Origin: Thermotogota bacterium
GTDB taxonomy: Bacteria > Thermotogota > Thermotogae > Petrotogales > Petrotogaceae
Assembly: GCA_051748045.1 (NCBI GenBank)
Contig: JBNJGY010000022.1
Span: forward strand, 1-34,625
Direction: 5' to 3'
Length of the DNA stretch: 34,625 bases
In this document: positions 28,397 through 34,625 of the stretch, piece by piece
Layout: each line of letters opens with the position of its first letter
Position numbering within the stretch: position 1 is the first letter of the stretch
Translations under genes and position numbers: made by a program
The notes under the pieces: model-generated
The model's input: the letters and a program-made list of their open reading frames with translations, nothing else
The model's database searches: none
Told to the model about the DNA's origin: nothing

Positions 28397-30550
28397 TTGA
28401 AATTTTCTCAAAAGTTCGTTTTTGTAGTATTATTTTTCTCAGTAGTACCACTACTAATATTTTGGTATTTTAGTTACAACACTGCAGAAGAAGCTATAAC
28501 AAATCTAACAACTAATCAACAAGAACTGGTCACTAAAAATTTAGCTTCAAATGTAGAATCCTATTATTCTGATTATTCAAAATCTTTAGAAAGTATAGGT
28601 AAAATAGATTTTATAAATTCTTTTGTAAAATCTTTATCTGGATATTTTAATTCAGCTGAAAATCCAACAGAACTATTCAAATACGCATATAACAATCTAA
28701 ATCCAGAAGAAAATTTTGCTGATTTAAACAAATTGTCTAGAGATAACTATTCTGTTCTTCAAGATGAATTTGGAGACGAGGGTTTCAATGTAGAAGATTA
28801 TGATTTGTTCCATTCAAGATATCATACGTCTATGATAGACTTTAAAGATGTAGAAAATTTAGAAGATATATATCTTGTAGACAGAAATGGGTATGTAGTT
28901 TATTCAGTAAATAAAGCTGAAGATTACGCTATTAATTTGAATGAATCAAATAACAAATTGTCTGAAATGTACAACCTTTTACAAGAACAAGATTCTGAAA
29001 ATCTACAACCTCATTTAATCGATTTTGATTACTATTCAGAAAAAGGTAAAAATTTAGCATTTTATGGAATGGTTTTATATAATTATGCAGTTGACGGTTA
29101 TTTGATAATTTCTAAAGATATAAGTTCATTACAATCTTTAGTAAGTCTTGGAGATAATGTAGAAGATAAATTATTTTTGACAAAAACAGATGGTACTTTG
29201 CTAAATAATGTAGGTAATAGAAATGCTTTTGAATCAACTAAAGATATTTCATTCGTTGAAGGTATGTCTGGTTCTTTAGACTATGAATCTGACGAAGAAA
29301 TGGTTCTTGGGGCTTATCAGAAGATATCTTTAGAAAATGGATATGACAAAATCGTAATAATGGAAAAATCACAAGAAGAAGCTTATTCCGCAATTACAAA
29401 TCTGAACAGGTTGAACATCATTATTATAGCTGTTGTAATAGTATCCGTATTAATATTGGTTACTTTATTTGCAAAATATTTATTAAAGCCTATTAAAAAT
29501 ATTCAGACTAATGTAGAGTATATTTCCAACGATGATTTATCTCATGAATTAAAACAGGAAAGAAAAGATGAATTTGGACTTATTGGTAATCTGTTTGAGA
29601 AAATAAGGCAAACTATAAGAGAGATAATTGAAAAAATAAAAAATGAATCTTCAAGTATTAATAAAGGTGCAGACAGAATAGAAGAAAGTGCTGTTCAAAA
29701 TGTTGAAGAAATAGAAGGCATAAGAAGTTCAATAGAATCAATCCAAAGAAATACTGAGTCCGTTGCAGCATCCGTAGAAGAAACTACTGCTTCAATAGAA
29801 GATGTGTCAGCAGGAGCTAAGAGTATTTCTCAATCTGCAAATGAATTATCAGAAAAAACTTCTAGTATAGTTGAAAAAATAGATGGCTCAAAGAAAGAAA
29901 TTAACTCAATGATGGAATCAGTGGATAAAATAGAAACACTTATGAATACAAATAATAGAAGTATACAACAATTATCTGGACAAACTGATTCTATAAGAGA
30001 TATAACAGAATCTATACATGATATAGCAGAACAAACTAATTTACTTGCTTTAAATGCTGCCATTGAAGCAGCAAGAGCAGGAGAAGCTGGAAAAGGTTTC
30101 GCAGTAGTTGCTGATGAAATAAGAAAACTCGCAGAAGAAAGTTCTGTAGCAGCTGGTAAAATTGAAAATAATATTGATGTATTGGTAAATGATTCTTCAA
30201 AAGTTGCTGATGAAAGTAATAAGGTTACAAATAATGTGAAAGAGATGACAGATAGTATAAAAAATGTTGCAAGAAGCTTGGAAGATGTTATATCGTCAGT
30301 AGAAGAAATTTCTACAATGATTGAAAACACTACAGCAAGCTCACAAGAACAAGGAGCGTCAACAGAACAAATTAATGATTCAATCAATATGATCAATAAA
30401 TCTGTTCAAGCAATAGTTAGCGAAGTAAACGATATATCAGATAAAGTAGAAAATCAATACGGTTCAATGAAAGAATTACAAAACCTTTCAGCAGATCTTA
30501 ATCAATCAATAGATGTACTAGAAAATTATTCTAAAAAGTTCAAACTTTAA
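28397..30550 (+). CDS. Methyl-accepting chemotaxis protein (Cache-type sensor, HAMP, signalling domain)
   Basis: Two TMs, [48 protein letters not shown]; ggaggtg RBS favours TTG 28397. Confidence 0.96.
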   Translation: MKFSQKFVFVVLFFSVVPLLIFWYFSYNTAEEAITNLTTNQQELVTKNLASNVESYYSDYSKSLESIGKIDFINSFVKSLSGYFNSAENPTELFKYAYNNLNPEENFADLNKLSRDNYSVLQDEFGDEGFNVEDYDLFHSRYHTSMIDFKDVENLEDIYLVDRNGYVVYSVNKAEDYAINLNESNNKLSEMYNLLQEQDSENLQPHLIDFDYYSEKGKNLAFYGMVLYNYAVDGYLIISKDISSLQSLVSLGDNVEDKLFLTKTDGTLLNNVGNRNAFESTKDISFVEGMSGSLDYESDEEMVLGAYQKISLENGYDKIVIMEKSQEEAYSAITNLNRLNIIIIAVVIVSVLILVTLFAKYLLKPIKNIQTNVEYISNDDLSHELKQERKDEFGLIGNLFEKIRQTIREIIEKIKNESSSINKGADRIEESAVQNVEEIEGIRSSIESIQRNTESVAASVEETTASIEDVSAGAKSISQSANELSEKTSSIVEKIDGSKKEINSMMESVDKIETLMNTNNRSIQQLSGQTDSIRDITESIHDIAEQTNLLALNAAIEAARAGEAGKGFAVVADEIRKLAEESSVAAGKIENNIDVLVNDSSKVADESNKVTNNVKEMTDSIKNVARSLEDVISSVEEISTMIENTTASSQEQGASTEQINDSINMINKSVQAIVSEVNDISDKVENQYGSMKELQNLSADLNQSIDVLENYSKKFKL

Positions 30551-30614
30551 GGGGATAGTTAACAAAGATAAATTATATAGTTACTATTTTCAATAAAAAG
30601 GTAACGTAACATAG

Positions 30615-30643
30615 TTGAAGGTTAACATAATTTATTGTATTAT
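30615..30643 (+). promoter_or_regulatory. Putative sigma70/A-type promoter driving candidate sRNA/leader
   Basis: TTGAAG-17 nt-TATTAT. Confidence 0.6.
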
Positions 30644-30649
30644 TTAAAC

Positions 30650-30730
30650 AGAGATAGATCCCCCTATCCCCCCTGAGATAAACCCAGAACATTATTTGCC
30701 GGATCCCGCGATTAGGATCCGGTTTTTTTT
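30650..30730 (+). ncRNA. Candidate ~80 nt C-rich small RNA or terminated leader RNA
   Basis: Promoter upstream, GC-rich tract ATCCCCCTATCCCCCC, no ORF, strong terminator at the 3' end. Confidence 0.45.
30698..30730 (+). terminator. Strong Rho-independent terminator immediately upstream of the radical SAM RBS
   Basis: ccggatcc-cgcgatta-ggatccgg followed by T8. Confidence 0.88.
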
Positions 30731-30744
30731 ATGGAGGTGTAGCG

Positions 30745-32553
30745 TTGAATATACCAAATTTTTTATTTAATAGCGGAGTCTTGCACAGAGTCAAAATGCC
30801 TGGAAGATACTTAGGTGATGAATATAATCAAATTAATAAAAAATCAAAACACACTATTTCTTTGTGTTTCCCTGATTTATATGAAATTGGCATGTCTCAT
30901 ACAGGTTTTCAAATTTTATACAATCATTTTAATAACTCTAGAGATAATGTTTCATGTGAAAGAGTTTTTTTACCTTGGAAAGATATGATAGAAGAAATGG
31001 AAAAATCTAATATAGATCTTTTCACTTTAGAAAATTTTAAATCTATTAGACAAACAGATATTTTAGCCTTTACTCTTCAGTACGAATTGAGTTACACAAA
31101 TATGCTAAAAGTTATAGAATTATCTAAGATACCTCTTTATTCAAAAGAAAGACAAGAAACTGATCCTATTATTATGGCTGGTGGGCCTTGTACAACTAAT
31201 CCTGAACCAATTGCAGATTTTATAGATGTTTTTTTCATTGGTGATGGAGAAGCAGTAATAGATGATATTTCAAGAATAGTAGAAATGGAAATAACTCGAG
31301 AAGAAAAGATAAAAGAATTTTCTAAAATAGATGGATTTTATATCCCAACTTATTATAAAACAATACAGAGTGAGAGAGGTTTAGCTATTCCAAAACCTAA
31401 AAATCATCAAATAAAAGAAAGAGTGAAAGTAAATAAAGTTGTTGATTTAAACAAATATGATTTTCCAACTGAACAATTAGTACCAAATATTCAAATAGTA
31501 CATCACAGAGCCAACATAGAAGTAATGAGAGGTTGTAATAGAGGGTGTAGATTTTGTCATGCTGGTATGTTTTATAGGCCTGTTAGAGAAAGAGACTCTG
31601 AATTTATATCTAAAAAAGTTAAGGAAACAATACAGAAGACCGGGTTTAACGAAATCTCTTTATTATCCTTAAGTACTTTAGATTATTCTGATTTGGATAA
31701 TGTTCTAAACAATATTCAAGATTATTTAAAAGAAAATAGAATTAGTATTTCATTGCCATCATCAAGAGTAGATAAATTCGGGCTAGAAATAAGTCGGAAA
31801 ATAAAAAGTGGAAGAAAATCTGGATTAACTTTTGCTCCTGAAGCTGGAAGTCAAAAATTGAGAGATGCAATAAATAAGGGTATTTCAGAAGAAGATATAG
31901 ATGAAGTAATGAAGATAGCAGTTGAAAATGGTTGGAGAAAAGTTAAACTCTATTTCATGATTGGATTACCAACTGAAACTGATAAAGATGTAGAAGCGAT
32001 TGTAGAATTAGCAAGAAAAATAAAAAAAGAATATAAAATAAAAAATTTAAATGTAAATGTTTCTATTTTTGTTCCAAAAACACATACTCCATTTGAATAC
32101 GCTGAATTTTTAGATATGGAAACAATAAAAAGAAGAATAAAAATTTTATATGATATGAAAAAATATAAAATTAAATTAAGTGTACATGATCCTTATGAAA
32201 GTTTTGTGGAAGCTTTATTAGCAAGAGGAGACAGAAATCTTTCTAAGTTAATTGAATATATTACTTTTGAAGAAGACGGTATTTTTCAACAGAATGATAA
32301 AAACTTTAATTTTAGTTCATGGGGAAGAGGTTTACAAAAGTTTAATATAGATACTGAAAAATATTTGAAAGAATTTTCTTTAACTGAAGAAAAACCATGG
32401 AAAGTTATTGATACTTTGATCGAAGATAAATTTTTAGAAAATGAATGGAAAAAATCAAAAGATCATTCTTTAACTCCAGATTGTAGATGGGATAAATGTT
32501 CTTTGTGTGGAGTATGTATAAATAAAGAATATGAGCTAAAACTCAATAAATAA
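30745..32553 (+). CDS. B12-binding radical SAM protein, TIGR03960-like family
   Basis: FPDLYEIGMSH.G, LQYELSYTN, GGP...NPEP, RGCNRGCRFC (CX3CX2C), APEAGSQ.LR..INK, KLYFMIGLP, C-terminal CRWDKCSLCGVC. Confidence 0.92.
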   Translation: MNIPNFLFNSGVLHRVKMPGRYLGDEYNQINKKSKHTISLCFPDLYEIGMSHTGFQILYNHFNNSRDNVSCERVFLPWKDMIEEMEKSNIDLFTLENFKSIRQTDILAFTLQYELSYTNMLKVIELSKIPLYSKERQETDPIIMAGGPCTTNPEPIADFIDVFFIGDGEAVIDDISRIVEMEITREEKIKEFSKIDGFYIPTYYKTIQSERGLAIPKPKNHQIKERVKVNKVVDLNKYDFPTEQLVPNIQIVHHRANIEVMRGCNRGCRFCHAGMFYRPVRERDSEFISKKVKETIQKTGFNEISLLSLSTLDYSDLDNVLNNIQDYLKENRISISLPSSRVDKFGLEISRKIKSGRKSGLTFAPEAGSQKLRDAINKGISEEDIDEVMKIAVENGWRKVKLYFMIGLPTETDKDVEAIVELARKIKKEYKIKNLNVNVSIFVPKTHTPFEYAEFLDMETIKRRIKILYDMKKYKIKLSVHDPYESFVEALLARGDRNLSKLIEYITFEEDGIFQQNDKNFNFSSWGRGLQKFNIDTEKYLKEFSLTEEKPWKVIDTLIEDKFLENEWKKSKDHSLTPDCRWDKCSLCGVCINKEYELKLNK

Positions 32554-32582
32554 AAAAGTCCAGCCTTTAAAGGCTGGACTTT
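32552..32582. terminator. Bidirectional terminator between radical SAM gene and ackA
   Basis: aaagtccagcc-tttaaa-ggctggacttt perfect inverted repeat. Confidence 0.88.
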
Positions 32583-32592
32583 ATATATTAAA

Positions 32593-33798
32593 TCATTTAT
32601 TGTTTTCATCTACAATTTTTTTAGTATCTTTTGCAATCATAAGCTCTTCGTTAGTTGGAACTATCATAACGGTTACTTTTGAATCTTTTGTCGATATAAT
32701 GCCTTCTCCACCATTTAATTCTTCGTTTTTAGGATCGTTTATTTCTACTCCAAAAACTGTTAAATATTCACAAACTCTCTTTCTTATTTCTGTTGTATTT
32801 TCTGCAACTCCAGCGGTAAAAATCAACACATCTATACCTTTCATAGCTGTAGCATAAGCTCCTATATATTTTGCCATCCTATAAATATATACATCTAAAG
32901 CCATAGCAGCTAATTTGTTTCCTTCATCTCTAGCTTTTCTAATATCTCTCATGTCAGAGCTGACATAATCAGAAAGTCCATAAACTCCACTTTTTTTATT
33001 AAGCATTTCATCAACATCGTGTTCTGAATAGCCATTTCTCATTAAAAATAAAGGGATTGCTGGATCAATATCTCCACTTCTTGTTCCCATAACCAATCCT
33101 TCTAAAGGAGTTAAGCCCATTGAAGTGTCGATAACTTTTGCGTGTTCAATAGCAGCAATAGAAGCACCGTTTCCAATATGAGCAGAAACAATTTTAAGGT
33201 CCCTTTTTCTTTTATTTAGCATTTCTCCAGCTCTTTTACAAACGTATCTATGAGATGTTCCATGAAAACCATATCTTCTAATTTTATACTTTTTATACAT
33301 TTCATAAGGGATTGGGTACATAAAAGCCTTTTCTGGCATTGTTTGATGAAAAGCAGTATCAAAAACTCCAACTTGTGGAACTCCAGGTAATAATTTTTCT
33401 GCTGCTTTGATACCAGTAATATTAGCAGGATTATGTAATGGAGCTAGATTTGAATTATCTTCTAGTGCTTTTATAACATTATCATCGATCATAACAGAAG
33501 ATGCGAAATCTTCACCACCGTGAACAACTCTGTGACCTACTGCTTGTATTTCACCTATACTCTTTAAACAACCGTATTCCTCATCTGTTATCAAGTCGAT
33601 TACTACCTTCAACGCTTCTTCATGATCTTTTACTTTTACATCTTTTTTGATTTTTTTACCTTTACAATTTTGTTCTACCTTTGAATCATCTAGCCCAATT
33701 TTTTCTACAATACCTTTGCAAAGGAGTGTTTCATCCTGCATTCCCAAAATTTGATACTTAAGCGAAGAAGAACCACTGTTAATAACAAGTACTCTCAT
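32593..33798 (-). CDS. ackA: Acetate kinase
   Basis: VINSGSSSLKY, GHRVVHGG, APLHNP, FDTAFHQT, YGFHGTSH, MGTRSGDIDP, TNEELMIA. Confidence 0.98.
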   Translation of the reverse strand: MRVLVINSGSSSLKYQILGMQDETLLCKGIVEKIGLDDSKVEQNCKGKKIKKDVKVKDHEEALKVVIDLITDEEYGCLKSIGEIQAVGHRVVHGGEDFASSVMIDDNVIKALEDNSNLAPLHNPANITGIKAAEKLLPGVPQVGVFDTAFHQTMPEKAFMYPIPYEMYKKYKIRRYGFHGTSHRYVCKRAGEMLNKRKRDLKIVSAHIGNGASIAAIEHAKVIDTSMGLTPLEGLVMGTRSGDIDPAIPLFLMRNGYSEHDVDEMLNKKSGVYGLSDYVSSDMRDIRKARDEGNKLAAMALDVYIYRMAKYIGAYATAMKGIDVLIFTAGVAENTTEIRKRVCEYLTVFGVEINDPKNEELNGGEGIISTKDSKVTVMIVPTNEELMIAKDTKKIVDENNK

Positions 33799-33811
33799 TT
33801 GACAACCTCCT

Positions 33812-33848
33812 AAAAATGTACAGTCCCCCTAAAAATAGGGGGACTGTA
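33812..33848 (-). terminator. 13-bp hairpin (terminator-like) between fba and ackA
   Basis: tacagtcccccta-aaaa-tagggggactgta; minus strand followed by CATTTTT then AGGAGG RBS of ackA. Confidence 0.7.
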
Positions 33849-33866
33849 GGTTTTATTTAATATAAA

Positions 33867-34625
33867 TTATATTTTGTTTGCAGAACCAAGGATGTCAATT
33901 CTTTCCATTACCACTTTTTTAACATATTCCATAGCTTTTTTTTGATATTTTCTTGGGTCAAACTGTTTAGCATCATGCGCTAAGAATTCTCTTAATCCAG
34001 CAACATAAGCTATTCTTAAATCAGTATCAGTGTTAACTTTGTTGATACCGTATTCAACAGTTTCTTTCAATACATCAGCAGGAACACCTTTAGAACCACC
34101 AAAATCTGCCCCGTATTCTTCAGCTATTTTAACGTATTCTTGTACTACGCTTGAAGCTCCATGAAGAACTAGAGGTTTCCCGGTAAGTTCTTTAACTTTC
34201 TTCAATCTATCATAATCAAGTTTCGCTTCACCTTTAAATTTGAATGCACCATGAGATGTTCCGATTGCAGGAGCAAAAAAGTCAACTTCAGTTGTTTCAG
34301 AGAATTCTTTTGCTTCGTCTACATTAACGAGAACACTTTCTGCTGATTCTATGTTATCTTCAATTCCTGCTAGTTTTCCTAATTCAGCTTCTACAGAAAC
34401 TCCAGCAGCATGAGCTATTCTTGTAATATCTTTTGTGATTCTCATGTTTTCTTCAAAAACTTCGTGGGAAGCATCGATCATAACAGATGAATAGCCTGCT
34501 TTGATTGCAGCCATAATAATATCAAAATTTGTACCATGGTCTAAATGTAAAGCGATAGGAATATCAACTGTGTTAGCCATATCCTTGATCATGTTTACAA
34601 AAAACCTAGCCCCTCTGTAAGGGTC
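33867..34625 (-). CDS. fba: Class II fructose-1,6-bisphosphate aldolase, 5' end outside the window
   Basis: ALHLDHG, SSVMIDAS, VEAELG, AIGTSHGAFK, LVLHGASS, INKVNTDTDLR; frame open to window end (DPYRGARFFVNMIK...). Confidence 0.96.
   Translation of the reverse strand, partial: DPYRGARFFVNMIKDMANTVDIPIALHLDHGTNFDIIMAAIKAGYSSVMIDASHEVFEENMRITKDITRIAHAAGVSVEAELGKLAGIEDNIESAESVLVNVDEAKEFSETTEVDFFAPAIGTSHGAFKFKGEAKLDYDRLKKVKELTGKPLVLHGASSVVQEYVKIAEEYGADFGGSKGVPADVLKETVEYGINKVNTDTDLRIAYVAGLREFLAHDAKQFDPRKYQKKAMEYVKKVVMERIDILGSANKI

Noticed and set aside
29830-30396. 188-aa minus-strand ORF
   Set aside because: Antisense shadow of the MCP signalling domain, a common artefact
30551-30745. Cobalamin or SAM riboswitch in front of the B12-radical SAM gene
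   Set aside because: Region is short and lacks the B12-box and SAM-I consensus elements

Overview
Very AT-rich bacterial chromosomal window with a gene repertoire and style suggestive of Thermotogae (Petrotogales-like); the taxonomy is inferred. Mostly housekeeping and metabolic genes: SDR, HU, a GH36 alpha-galactosidase/LacI/GH42 beta-galactosidase operon, ccdA-thioredoxin, groES-groEL with a CIRCE box, pheS-pheT, transaldolase, yjbQ, an acyltransferase, a Na+/glutamate symporter, an MCP, a B12-radical SAM enzyme, ackA and a partial class II fba. The ORF track misses a >=755 aa minus-strand ORF at the left edge (2265 to <1). It is a compact BREX PglX-like N6-adenine methyltransferase lying directly behind a secreted metallophosphoesterase, with no brxABC upstream. 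Other points of interest: a candidate ~80 nt C-rich sRNA or attenuator with its own promoter and terminator in front of the radical SAM gene, and two catalytically degenerate ABC ATPase-like genes, one paired with an ABC-2-like permease inside the pheST operon. No rRNA, tRNA, CRISPR array or IS element was seen.
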